From a virus: a stretch of 64,000 bases of DNA. Positions 30,410 through 39,577 of this stretch are shown here, piece after piece. The stretch lies in the IMG/VR virus record IMGVR_UViG_3300036390_000001, positions 1-64,000 of that record; one strand, 5' to 3'. The notes beneath the pieces were generated by a model. It made no database searches. It saw only the letters and a program-made list of their open reading frames with translations, and was not told where the DNA came from. The stretch's first letter is position 1. Each line of letters opens with the position of its first letter. The translations under genes were made by a program, and so were the position numbers.

Positions 30410-31342
30410 ATGGCAATGACTTTATTGGAATCAGCAAAGGTAGCTGATTCGATTGAAAACGCAACAATTATTGAAGAATACGCAGCCCAAAGCGACATCC
30501 TGCGCGTACTTCCTTTTGAGAATCACGACGGTACAGGCATTCACTACAACCGCGAAGATGAACTTCCTGGTGTTGGTTTCCGTGGTATCAACGAGGCTTA
30601 CGAAGAATCGGTAGGTGTCCTCAATCCACAATCAGAATCTTTTAAGATTGCTGGTGGCGACTTAGACGTAGATAAATTTATTTTGGACACCCAGGGAGAG
30701 GGTGTCCGCACGGTTCATGAGCTACAGAAGGTCAAATCTTTGTCTTTAATGTGGACGCGCAACTTTATCAAAGGCGACAGTCGCGTTAACCCTCGCGCAT
30801 TTGATGGCTTACAGGTTCGTCTTACTGGCTCACAACTTCTTGATAACGCACCCGCAGGCGGCGCCTTATCTCTCCTAAAACTTGATGAAACAATTGACCA
30901 AGTTGATCAACCTACTCACGTAATGATGTCGAAGGCTATGCGGCGCCGACTTACACAAGCGGTTCGTAATGGCTTAGGTGGTCAAATCGAGTTTCGCATG
31001 GACGAGTTCGGCAAGCAAGTCATGTTCTACAATGACCTGCCAATTTTGATTGCTGACTACGATAACTTCGGTAACGATATTTTAGGCTTCACCGAAGCTT
31101 CTAGCGACGGCACCAATGTTCAATGCACATCTATATATGTAATGTCTTTGGGTCCAATGAAACTTGTCGGGATTCAAGGGCGCGCTGATGGTCGCTACGG
31201 AATTACTACACGCGACTTAGGAGAATTAGAAACCAAGCCCGTAAAACGCACCCGTGTTGAGTGGTACAACGCTTTGGCTTGTTACCACGGCCGCGCCGCT
31301 GCAAGGCTTCAAGGTGTCACCAACGCTCCAGCAATCGCTTAA
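30410..31342 (+). CDS. Major capsid protein (HK97 fold)
   Basis: TLLESAK, LPGVGFRGINE, GGDLDVDKF, FDGLQVRL, RTRVEWY. Confidence 0.92.
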   Translation: MAMTLLESAKVADSIENATIIEEYAAQSDILRVLPFENHDGTGIHYNREDELPGVGFRGINEAYEESVGVLNPQSESFKIAGGDLDVDKFILDTQGEGVRTVHELQKVKSLSLMWTRNFIKGDSRVNPRAFDGLQVRLTGSQLLDNAPAGGALSLLKLDETIDQVDQPTHVMMSKAMRRRLTQAVRNGLGGQIEFRMDEFGKQVMFYNDLPILIADYDNFGNDILGFTEASSDGTNVQCTSIYVMSLGPMKLVGIQGRADGRYGITTRDLGELETKPVKRTRVEWYNALACYHGRAAARLQGVTNAPAIA

Positions 31343-31396
31343 TCGCTAATCCCTTAAACCTTCATCACACCTTCGTATCCGAAGGTAAAAATATAT

Positions 31397-31807
31397 ATGC
31401 CACGCTCAACAATATCAAACCGCCGCGCGGTTCATTTTGATAAGTCATTAGAACTACGTAACGCTTCAAACCCTGCAATCTCTAGTGGAACAGCAGAAAC
31501 AGGGGTGGACTTCCCAGTTCGTAAACAAATGAAATACACAGCTGCGGTACATACCACTGGCTACACTGGCTACGTTGCTACAACCGCTGAATGGCAAGTT
31601 GCCATCGAAGTATCCGCTACTCTCGCTGGAACATATGTACAAGTAGGTATCGCGCCTCTCCCTGGAGCCGGCGGAGATGTGCTGATTCCTCTTGATGGCG
31701 CCTACGTCGAAGATATTTTGGCGACCGCCGAATTCATCCGCGCGCGCTCAATCAAAGTTGGTAGCCCCGGCAATTTAGTCTACGGAGCATACGTTTCGCC
31801 ATGCTAG
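31397..31807 (+). CDS. Capsid decoration/minor capsid protein
   Basis: Directly after the capsid gene; beta-rich. Confidence 0.6.
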   Translation: MPRSTISNRRAVHFDKSLELRNASNPAISSGTAETGVDFPVRKQMKYTAAVHTTGYTGYVATTAEWQVAIEVSATLAGTYVQVGIAPLPGAGGDVLIPLDGAYVEDILATAEFIRARSIKVGSPGNLVYGAYVSPC

Positions 31808-32046
31808 ACCCCGTGACTTTATATAAAGACGGCGCCTGCAAAAAAATTCCAGCAATTGACCATCGCGCTTGGATAAATGCAGGGTGGTCACTGACTGAAA
31901 CTTCACTTACCTTCTTATCAGAAGGTGGTTCGCTAGAAGAAGGCGCCTCTATGACTGAAGGCGAGGAAGTTTTATCAGAAGAAATATCCAACCCACCTTC
32001 TGACAAGAAGGTAGAAACAAATAAGCGCAAATCCCTCAATCAATAA
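31801..32046 (+). CDS. Small hypothetical protein
   Basis: Overlaps the upstream stop; contains two copies of the 18-bp palindrome. Confidence 0.55.
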   Translation: MLDPVTLYKDGACKKIPAIDHRAWINAGWSLTETSLTFLSEGGSLEEGASMTEGEEVLSEEISNPPSDKKVETNKRKSLNQ

Positions 32047-32051
32047 TAGCT

Positions 32052-33809
32052 ATGGCAGAGCCGCTACAAAGCCCTTACAGCAAAGTCAATATTGTTGACG
32101 CTGAAGGCAATTTAGTTAACCTTGGCGGCGGCAGTGGCGATAGTGGTACTACTATTGGTGGCGCCACTGCCGCAAACCAAGTAACCCAAACTCAAGTACT
32201 CCAAAATATTGATGCCGACTTAGGCACCGACATTACTGGCGCCGTGATGCCTGCTGGTGGCGCCGGAGTTAGAGGCTGGTTGTCGGCAATTTATAATTTC
32301 TTATCATCGAGGCTTCCTGCGCTTGTTAGTGGGCGCGTACCTGTTGATGTTGCTTCGCTATCAGTAACGGTTAATAACGCGCAGTTAGAAATTGCCAATG
32401 ATGCCGGCAATCCGATTCCTGTCGATGGCTCGGTTAGTGTAAGCAATTTTCCAGCCACTCAGCCAGTAAGCGGCGCCGTCAGTATTTCTAATTTTCCAGT
32501 TACTCAGCCAGTAAGCGGTGCCGTAAGTATCTCTAATTTCCCCGTTACTCAGCCAGTAAGTGGGACAATTGCTTTTAGTAATACATCAATTGGTGTATCT
32601 TCATTGCCTGCTTTACCCGCTGGCAATAATGCGATAGGCTCGGTTAGTATTTCTAATTTTCCAGCTACTCAACCAATAAGCGGCGCTGTCAGTATTTCTA
32701 ATTTTCCAGCCACTCAACCAATAAGCGGAACCGTAGCAATAAGCAATTCTTCAATCGAAATTGCTAACGACGTGGGCAGCCCGATTCCTGTTAATGGCAG
32801 TGTAAATATTGGTAACTTTCCTACTACCCAAGTAGTTAGTGGAACTGTCGCTATTAGTAATTCTTCAATTGAAATTGCTAATGATGTTGGCAGCCCTATT
32901 TCAATCGGCGGTGTTTACAATGTGACGTCGCCGACTTTAACCAATGGACAGGGCAGCAATATTCAGCTTAGTGTTCGCGGGAATGTATTAATTGATTGTG
33001 TTGATTATGTTAGCTCGCCAACAAACATTCAAGCCGTTGACACTAATTCCACAACATCAATAGGGCAAGATAATCAAGTAATTATTAGAGGCAATCCTAG
33101 CAATAATAGTTTTGCTTCTTATGCCTCTTCTGGTAACAGCAGCTTTGCAATATTAATTGAAAATCAACCTGCCGCAACTCCTTTTGTTGGAACACTACAA
33201 ATCGAGCGTAGCTTAGACGGAAACATCTGGACTTCTATCGGCGCCTTTGTTGCTGGTTCGCGGTTTGTGCGCTCACAAATTACAGCCGAAGCAGTATTGC
33301 ATGGTAATTGTTCAAGCAGCCAATTTCTAAGAGTTCGTGCTATTGCGTGGACTTCAGGAATCGCGCGAGTTACCTTTTTAGCTGGACAAGGGACAGGCAC
33401 GACAACAGTTGGAAACCCGCTGAGAATATTTGACCAAGTTAGCGGCGCCGAGCTAACGATTAAAGCGGCAAATGTATCTGCTACTTCGGCAGACCCCGCT
33501 GTTGTTGTCACTAGTAGAGATAAACCCTCAACGATTAATACTAATATTCCAAATTCTTTTCCAGTTAGCAGTACCGCCAGTGTGATTGCTTTGAATAACG
33601 ACAGAAAAGGATTAACTATTTCTAACCCCCTAGCCTTTGATATTTTCGTAGGGTTTCAATCAACCGTTTCATCCACTTCTTACGCCGTGAAAATTCCTCC
33701 TTCTGATAGCTATGGCTATTGGGAAGCGCCATACAATTACGTAGGAATTATCTCTATCGCAACCGCCACTGGCAATAGTGGAAATATTTTTGTCAGGGAG
33801 CTAATTTAA
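32052..33809 (+). CDS. Fibre-like virion protein with tandem 15-aa repeats
   Basis: SG(A/T)V(S/A)ISNFP(A/V)TQP repeats (45-bp unit) and EIAND(A/V)G.PI repeats. Confidence 0.7.
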   Translation: MAEPLQSPYSKVNIVDAEGNLVNLGGGSGDSGTTIGGATAANQVTQTQVLQNIDADLGTDITGAVMPAGGAGVRGWLSAIYNFLSSRLPALVSGRVPVDVASLSVTVNNAQLEIANDAGNPIPVDGSVSVSNFPATQPVSGAVSISNFPVTQPVSGAVSISNFPVTQPVSGTIAFSNTSIGVSSLPALPAGNNAIGSVSISNFPATQPISGAVSISNFPATQPISGTVAISNSSIEIANDVGSPIPVNGSVNIGNFPTTQVVSGTVAISNSSIEIANDVGSPISIGGVYNVTSPTLTNGQGSNIQLSVRGNVLIDCVDYVSSPTNIQAVDTNSTTSIGQDNQVIIRGNPSNNSFASYASSGNSSFAILIENQPAATPFVGTLQIERSLDGNIWTSIGAFVAGSRFVRSQITAEAVLHGNCSSSQFLRVRAIAWTSGIARVTFLAGQGTGTTTVGNPLRIFDQVSGAELTIKAANVSATSADPAVVVTSRDKPSTINTNIPNSFPVSSTASVIALNNDRKGLTISNPLAFDIFVGFQSTVSSTSYAVKIPPSDSYGYWEAPYNYVGIISIATATGNSGNIFVRELI

Positions 33810-34729
33810 TGCCGTTATATAGATACAATTCAACAGCAGTAAAACCACTTATTTACAGATACACAACAACCGGAACCTTTGTATTAAATTACCCCAAAAC
33901 TTACACTTTTTGCAGGATGATTTTATGCGGTGGTGGCGGTGGCGGTGGGAGCGGAAGGCGCGGCGCCGCAGCTTCTGCTCGTTGGGGTGGTGGCGGTGGT
34001 GGAGGCGCCGGAATCAGCGACTGGATATTTAATTTAGAAAACGTCAATAACACGACTTTTCCAAATTTTAGTATCACTGTTGGCGCAGGTGGAGCGGGTG
34101 GCGCCGTTACAACAACAAACGATACGAATGGTAACAACGGCGTAACAGGGAACGATTCAAGTATTTCGCTTGCAAGCTCCGACGGCACCGCGCAACAAAT
34201 TATTATTTACGCGCCTGGAGGATTACTAGGTCAGAGCGGTAGCGCATCTGCCGGAAACGGTGGGGCAGGTGGTAGCGCTTGTGTTTATCCTGGCGCCTCT
34301 GGAGGAAACAGCGGACTTGCGGCTACAGCAAATAGCGGAGGGTCGGGCAATACAGGGATAGCCGGTGGCGGCGGAGGTGGCGGAATAAGTACAGGTAACG
34401 TCGCTTATACGGGCGGTTCTTGCGGTGTTAGTCAAAGATTTAGACTAAACACTACTGCATTTAATACTGCATCCCAAGCAGGAGGCGCCGCATCTCAAGT
34501 AGCCGACGCATCTAATGGTATATCGGCATCTGTCCCAACAAACTATACAGATTTTATCTTTGGAAATTCTGGCTCTGGTGGCGGCGCGTCAAGCGCTGGG
34601 GCTGGTGGTAGAGGAGGGGATGGAATCTTTGGTAGTGGTGGAGGAGGAGGAGGCGCTAGTCTAAATGGCTTCAATTCTGGCGCTGGGGGTAAGGGTGGGG
34701 ACGGCGCCGTTTATTTAGTTTTTTACTAA
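33809..34729 (+). CDS. Glycine-rich tail fibre-like protein
   Basis: GGGGGGG...ITVGAGG.GG...GG.GG.G.V pattern. Confidence 0.8.
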   Translation: MPLYRYNSTAVKPLIYRYTTTGTFVLNYPKTYTFCRMILCGGGGGGGSGRRGAAASARWGGGGGGGAGISDWIFNLENVNNTTFPNFSITVGAGGAGGAVTTTNDTNGNNGVTGNDSSISLASSDGTAQQIIIYAPGGLLGQSGSASAGNGGAGGSACVYPGASGGNSGLAATANSGGSGNTGIAGGGGGGGISTGNVAYTGGSCGVSQRFRLNTTAFNTASQAGGAASQVADASNGISASVPTNYTDFIFGNSGSGGGASSAGAGGRGGDGIFGSGGGGGGASLNGFNSGAGGKGGDGAVYLVFY

Positions 34730-34970
34730 CTAATTAAGGAAGAAGAAAGAAGGCAGAAGGCAGAAGGTAAAATACTTCTTTCTTCTTTCTTCGTTTAGTT
34801 ACAATTTTAAGCGCGCAAAAACATTTAATCGCTTAAAACTTTACCCTACAGAGCTTTTGTTGCCTGAAAAAAGGTATATTGTACCTATTAGATAAAAGAA
34901 TGAAGAAAGCAGAAGCGCTGACATATCTAGCTTCTGCTTTTTCGTTGGCGCATCCTTTTAATCTCTGCGT

Positions 34971-35010
34971 CGTGCCAAATCATGCCAAATGATGCCAAGA
35001 CATGCCAGGA
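34971..35010 (+). repeat. Four 10-bp direct repeats (putative integrase arm sites, attP region)
   Basis: CGTGCCAAAT CATGCCAAAT GATGCCAAGA CATGCCAGGA just upstream of the integrase gene. Confidence 0.6.
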
Positions 35011-35055
35011 TAAGGCACAATGTTAGTTACATTATTAGCACGCGGCGCCGACATC

Positions 35056-36156
35056 ATGACTGATTTTGACAAGAAGCTAGAAGAAGTCAACGCTCGATTA
35101 CGAGGCGCCAAGTTAAGAGTTTCTATATTCCAGCGTCAAAACAAACTATGGCTGCGGGCAACTCTCCCACCCAAACCCCACATCAGGCGAGAGGGAAATT
35201 ACCAGCAAGCAGTAAGTATCAACTGTAATGCCACAATTGCTGGATTGAAATACGCCGAGCAAAAAGCCAAGCAGATGGCGGTCGAACTAGATACAGGCGC
35301 ATTTGATTGGGCGCGCTGGATTGAAGTCAAGCCCGACAATGAAGAGCCAAAAATAATTCATGAATGGATAAATAAATTTCATGAGCATAAAGCTTCCACT
35401 TCCGCGCTCGCTTCTTCTACATGGAAGTTTGATTATTTAGGGGTTGGGCGCAAACTGCCTCAACAGGAAGAACTATCAGTAGAAGTGTTAATAAAGTTTA
35501 TTTTTGCTAATAGTAAACCTGACACGCGCACTCGCAAGCGCCTTGTTGGCTACTGCGCGCAGCTGGCAGAGTTTGCACTTCTCCCTTCTAAAGAAATTAG
35601 GACGCTAGAAGGCAGTTACTCAGCTAAATCCGTAAACCCGCGCGCGCTACCAAGTGACGAAGAAATTCAAGATTTTGTAGACAGTATCAAAGAGCCTGGA
35701 TGGAAATGGATTATAGCAGCAATTGCCACTTATGGACTGAGGAGTCATGAGGCATTTTTTACAGATTTAGCGCGCTTCCCCAAAATCCGGGTAACCGAAG
35801 GCAAGACAGGCGCCCGCGTGATACAACCTCTTTATCCAGAGTGGGCGCCACGCTGGAATCTACAAAATAAAATCCTACCTTCATATCAGAAGGTAGATGC
35901 TGCCCACGAAGAATACACTTTGAAAATTAGCGCTTGGATGTGCCGCAACAGTCCATTCAAAGCGCTTGATTTGCGTCATTGCTACGCGCGCCGATGCTTC
36001 CAATTTGGATTTGACCCTACCCAATCAGCCAAGCTAATGGGACACTCGTGGCAAATCCACCTTCAAACCTACCGCGCGTGGATTGATGAAGAAGTTTATG
36101 ATAAGGCTTATCTGGCTAAAATCAGCAACCCAAATCGACCACTACCACCAAACTAA
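35056..36156 (+). CDS. int: Tyrosine recombinase/integrase
   Basis: TYGLRSHE (R), GKTG (K), LRHCYARR (HxxR), MGHS, H..TY. Confidence 0.92.
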   Translation: MTDFDKKLEEVNARLRGAKLRVSIFQRQNKLWLRATLPPKPHIRREGNYQQAVSINCNATIAGLKYAEQKAKQMAVELDTGAFDWARWIEVKPDNEEPKIIHEWINKFHEHKASTSALASSTWKFDYLGVGRKLPQQEELSVEVLIKFIFANSKPDTRTRKRLVGYCAQLAEFALLPSKEIRTLEGSYSAKSVNPRALPSDEEIQDFVDSIKEPGWKWIIAAIATYGLRSHEAFFTDLARFPKIRVTEGKTGARVIQPLYPEWAPRWNLQNKILPSYQKVDAAHEEYTLKISAWMCRNSPFKALDLRHCYARRCFQFGFDPTQSAKLMGHSWQIHLQTYRAWIDEEVYDKAYLAKISNPNRPLPPN

Positions 36157-36221
36157 CAGTTCGCAATTCGCAGTTCGCAGTTCGCAGTTAAATTCAATTG
36201 CGACTTGCGAATTGCGAATTG
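36157..36221. repeat. Heptamer (STRR-like) inverted array, likely bidirectional terminator
   Basis: (CAGTTCG/CAATTCG)n followed by (TTGCGAA)n between the convergent int and xis genes. Confidence 0.65.
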
Positions 36222-36225
36222 GTAA

Positions 36226-36471
36226 TTATCTTTGGTGAGTAGGCGTGGCTCTAAGGCGCCGTATCGCTTCTAAATTTATTTTTATATTGCGCTTCTTGCT
36301 GCTGGGCGGCGCGTCGTTTACCCAATGAATGCCTTCGATAAAGTATTCGGCTTCGATGTACCGCAAGATACTGCGGCGACTAAAACCGCGTCCTAATATC
36401 CTGTACGCTTCGTCGATGGGCACACAGTCTTGTTCGTTAATAGTCGCTTTCAGTAAATTAGTTTTGGGCAT
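36226..36471 (-). CDS. Excisionase-like DNA-binding protein
   Basis: Winged HTH, EG.HW motif; convergent with int. Confidence 0.65.
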   Translation of the reverse strand: MPKTNLLKATINEQDCVPIDEAYRILGRGFSRRSILRYIEAEYFIEGIHWVNDAPPSSKKRNIKINLEAIRRLRATPTHQR

Positions 36472-36483
36472 AATTTTATGTTA

Positions 36484-36702
36484 CTAAAAATCCTCATCGG
36501 CGCCGCTAATTTCGGCGCCATACTCGTTCATCAAGGCGCCCACCCTCTCAAGCAATACTAGAGCTTTGGCGCGCTCATCTTTTAGCTGGCTTTGCTCGTA
36601 AAACTCCTTGTCGTGCGCTTCGATTCCTCCAAGGGCAATGAAGAGAGCGTTTGCGGCGCCGTAGGCTTTAATGAGGTGGTTCCATGTTTTTACGTTTTTC
36701 AT
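36484..36702 (-). CDS. Hypothetical protein
   Basis: Coupled ORF. Confidence 0.5.
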   Translation of the reverse strand: MKNVKTWNHLIKAYGAANALFIALGGIEAHDKEFYEQSQLKDERAKALVLLERVGALMNEYGAEISGADEDF

Positions 36703-38168
36703 TCACCCTCCCAAGCATCTTTTTCAAGTTCTTGACACTGTGCTGAGATAGAACCCCAATCAATGTTATTTAAAGCATTGCTAGGCGTTGAATTAGTAGC
36801 TTTTGGTAGCGCATTTTGATTGATAAATACTTTCACAATATCTCCACTGCTATCTCTCTCAAGCCCATATCTTCTGACCATAGCAAGCTTTTGGGCTTCC
36901 TGTTTCAATACATTGCTGGCGCCATTTAACCATTCATTTAGTAATTCAACCTCTTTTTCTGGCTGATTGTAAAAGCTTCTCTGGCGCCTTAATTCAGCCT
37001 CAATATCAACTTCTTCCAATGCAGGCAATGCTTTGATAGTAGCGGCGCATTGCGCTTCTTCAAATGGCAATGCTTGAGAAGTTGGTGTGGCTGATTTAGT
37101 TGGCATCAAGACATCAGCGCCGCGCTCTACTAAGGTTGTAATATTGTTCATGAGCGCTTGAACGTTTTCTTCAGTTGCTTCGGGCAATGGCACAAAGTAA
37201 CTGGGTAAAATCGCCTTTTGCCCATCATTCTGAAGCTGATTACAGGAATCAGTGGTCGTGTTCAAATACGCCAAGAACTCTTTAAAAATTTCGTTAGCGC
37301 CTTTGGGGTCTCTATAAAACTGATTACGAGCATAGATGCGGGCGCCTGTCTCTCGATGTCCGCCTTGAGGCTTGTAATGCCTCTCTGCCCACCAAGTTAA
37401 AAACAACGGGTAAGGCTCGTCCAGCGCTATCTCCCACACATGCAATTCTCGACTATCATTTTGTGTATTCGCTATTGTTCGTTTTTTCGGCATATCCGAA
37501 CAAGCGCGGGAAAGTTGATCTGAATTAGGGACTTCAGTTTTAACAAAAGACTCTTGAATTAGTCCGTTGACTTTAGAGTTTTGGGGCGCCTCTTCTTCTT
37601 GTGTTTTAAAAACCTCTTTCTCTTGCCCTTCCTCATCTGCGAGAGATAGGGTTTTTTTTGTATATATAGTAGAAAATTCACTAGCGCAGGTTGGATTCTG
37701 CATTAGTGAATCTTCCAATCTGCATTTTTGAAGATTGGCGCCCAGCAAGGATTCTGGGTCATAGCCAATCCAATCCGCGAGTTCAGCTAGCTTTGAGATG
37801 CATAGTGTCATCCAGCTGGTTTGGTTATATTCTTGGAATCCAACTGGCTTATTAATCAGGCGCCTTTTCAAGGATGAGAACGTTTCTTTGACAACGATGC
37901 CCAAACCACATAATGACCGAATCATGCGACCAATTTGAGACTCAGACATGCAGGGGAACTGCTGGCGCCAGTGTTCGTAAGTGTTGTAAATGAATTTTTC
38001 GCCATCTTTTGTAAGATGTCCCGACTTGGTGTTTAGCCAAAAAGCCAACTGGTTAACAAATATTGCCGCAGCGGTTGGGTTGGGGACTCCTAAGTCTTTA
38101 AGCGCGGCCGCAAGCATGGGTGTATAGGCTTTAGGGCGGTTATCGATTTCAATCTGTCTATCGCTCAT
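36699..38168 (-). CDS. Putative replication initiator
   Basis: AAIFVNQL.FW...IYNTYE.W..QFP.MS...I.R N-terminal winged HTH seen in phage replication proteins. Confidence 0.7.
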   Translation of the reverse strand: MSDRQIEIDNRPKAYTPMLAAALKDLGVPNPTAAAIFVNQLAFWLNTKSGHLTKDGEKFIYNTYEHWRQQFPCMSESQIGRMIRSLCGLGIVVKETFSSLKRRLINKPVGFQEYNQTSWMTLCISKLAELADWIGYDPESLLGANLQKCRLEDSLMQNPTCASEFSTIYTKKTLSLADEEGQEKEVFKTQEEEAPQNSKVNGLIQESFVKTEVPNSDQLSRACSDMPKKRTIANTQNDSRELHVWEIALDEPYPLFLTWWAERHYKPQGGHRETGARIYARNQFYRDPKGANEIFKEFLAYLNTTTDSCNQLQNDGQKAILPSYFVPLPEATEENVQALMNNITTLVERGADVLMPTKSATPTSQALPFEEAQCAATIKALPALEEVDIEAELRRQRSFYNQPEKEVELLNEWLNGASNVLKQEAQKLAMVRRYGLERDSSGDIVKVFINQNALPKATNSTPSNALNNIDWGSISAQCQELEKDAWEGE

Positions 38169-38830
38169 TCCTCTACCTCCCCATCTAAAAAAAGTTTGTC
38201 TAAATAGCCATCTATAAGTCCATTGATGTAATTTTCTGGGTTAACTATATAACCGTACTGCTCATACGTAAACGCAATTCGCTGAGGAATCTGCTCATAA
38301 ACAAATTTGTGTATTTTTTTTATCTCGCTCAAGCTCTTCGCATTTGCAAAAATTAGAAGCAAGCTAACATTTAAGTCAAAAGACTTATCGTTTTCGCTAT
38401 ATATTTGATGTACTTGGGTGAGAAAATTCTTGGCAGAGCGAGCCATGTACGTAAGAGTATAAGAGCCTTTAAGGATGTAAGGCGGAGTCGCTTTGCGTCC
38501 TAAATGTGACAAAGGTTTTTTCTTCAAAGGGCTGTTTTCAGAGTCTTCTATGTTCTCGTCGAATTCAAAATATTCTCCATGAACGCGACAATGTGAAAAA
38601 AGTTTATGTAAACACTTTTCATCGGTTACGCAATCTGGAGTCCAAAAGCAGTCTTTGACGATTAATGGGTATGGAGATTGTGTTGTTATTTTTTGACTCC
38701 TAACCAAAGGGTTGTTAGATCGACCAATCTTATATCTTGGCGTGCCTTCGGCTTTAAGCAAATAAACATATCCACTTCTACCAGACGGGATATCGTTTAT
38801 TGTTGATGTGCTAAAATTGTATTCAAGCAT
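38165..38830 (-). CDS. GIY-YIG / T5orf172-family nuclease
   Basis: GYVYLL...YKIGRS.NP..R...EK.LH..F...RVHGEYF. Confidence 0.85.
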   Translation of the reverse strand: MLEYNFSTSTINDIPSGRSGYVYLLKAEGTPRYKIGRSNNPLVRSQKITTQSPYPLIVKDCFWTPDCVTDEKCLHKLFSHCRVHGEYFEFDENIEDSENSPLKKKPLSHLGRKATPPYILKGSYTLTYMARSAKNFLTQVHQIYSENDKSFDLNVSLLLIFANAKSLSEIKKIHKFVYEQIPQRIAFTYEQYGYIVNPENYINGLIDGYLDKLFLDGEVEE

Positions 38831-38903
38831 TTGGTCCTTTCTTAATATTTGTTGAGATGGGAATCAATTCTCGCTTCATCTGTGCAATAGATGAGGCGAG
38901 ATT

Positions 38904-39131
38904 TTAATAGCGCCCAAAGAACGGCGCCAACAAAATCTTCTTCTTCAACCTATAACAAAGCGCAGGCGTGGCGCCATCACTCCAGAAAACTTCAACCTCG
39001 CCTTCTGCAATCAATGTACTTATCGGTTGACGTAGCGCGGGATAATCGGTGCCTGTTTCGTCTTTAATCTCCCCCAGTGTTTTATCACCATTAGTAAGCG
39101 CTTGTTTAATCCTGTCCGTAAGGTTGCTCAT
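38904..39131 (-). CDS. Small winged-HTH protein
   Basis: Paralogous to 39135-39326 (L.D.IK..L..GDKT.GEI). Confidence 0.6.
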   Translation of the reverse strand: MSNLTDRIKQALTNGDKTLGEIKDETGTDYPALRQPISTLIAEGEVEVFWSDGATPALCYRLKKKILLAPFFGRY

Positions 39132-39134
39132 TTT

Positions 39135-39326
39135 TTAAACCCTCTTCAGTTTGTAATAAATTTTGCCGCTAACGAGGCGCTGCTCGATTTCACCCGCATC
39201 GACTAAGCGCGATGCCTCTGCGAATATTTCTGGGTAATAGGCGCCTTCGATTGAGTTTCTTATTTCGCCCGGTGTTTTATCACCGGTGGCGAGAGTTTTT
39301 TTAATTTGGTCTGCGAGTTTTTCCAT
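39135..39326 (-). CDS. Small winged-HTH protein
   Basis: Paralogous to 38904-39131. Confidence 0.6.
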   Translation of the reverse strand: MEKLADQIKKTLATGDKTPGEIRNSIEGAYYPEIFAEASRLVDAGEIEQRLVSGKIYYKLKRV

Positions 39327-39349
39327 AAATGTAGATGCCCCTAATGGGC

Positions 39350-39577
39350 TTATAAATTTTCAACTAAGTATCTGTTACGGCGCCTCTTGAGAACGCCCTC
39401 GGAAGCAAGCACTTTCATACAAATAATGACTTTCTCGCGCGTCATGTTTGTTTTAGCCATGACTTCGGACACAGTACAGTCCGAAATCCTTAAGACATCT
39501 CTTACTGACTGCATTTCTAAGTCGCTGCCACTTTTGTAGCCTTTATCGCGCAAAAACATATTCTTTGGTTTATTCAT
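39350..39577 (-). CDS. Small winged-HTH protein
   Basis: TVSEV...T.M.R..V......L..EG. Confidence 0.5.
   Translation of the reverse strand: MNKPKNMFLRDKGYKSGSDLEMQSVRDVLRISDCTVSEVMAKTNMTREKVIICMKVLASEGVLKRRRNRYLVENL

Noticed and set aside
32430-32900. 45-bp tandem repeats as a non-coding array
   Set aside because: They are in-frame protein repeats with mostly synonymous variation
22845-34729. Diversity-generating retroelement or invertase-driven tail-fibre switching
   Set aside because: No reverse transcriptase, TR/VR pair, invertase or flanking inverted repeats seen
34741-34792. GAAGAAA/GCAGAAG heptamer inverted arrays (also about 30263-30326) as a novel element
   Set aside because: Typical STRR-like repeats or terminators of filamentous cyanobacteria
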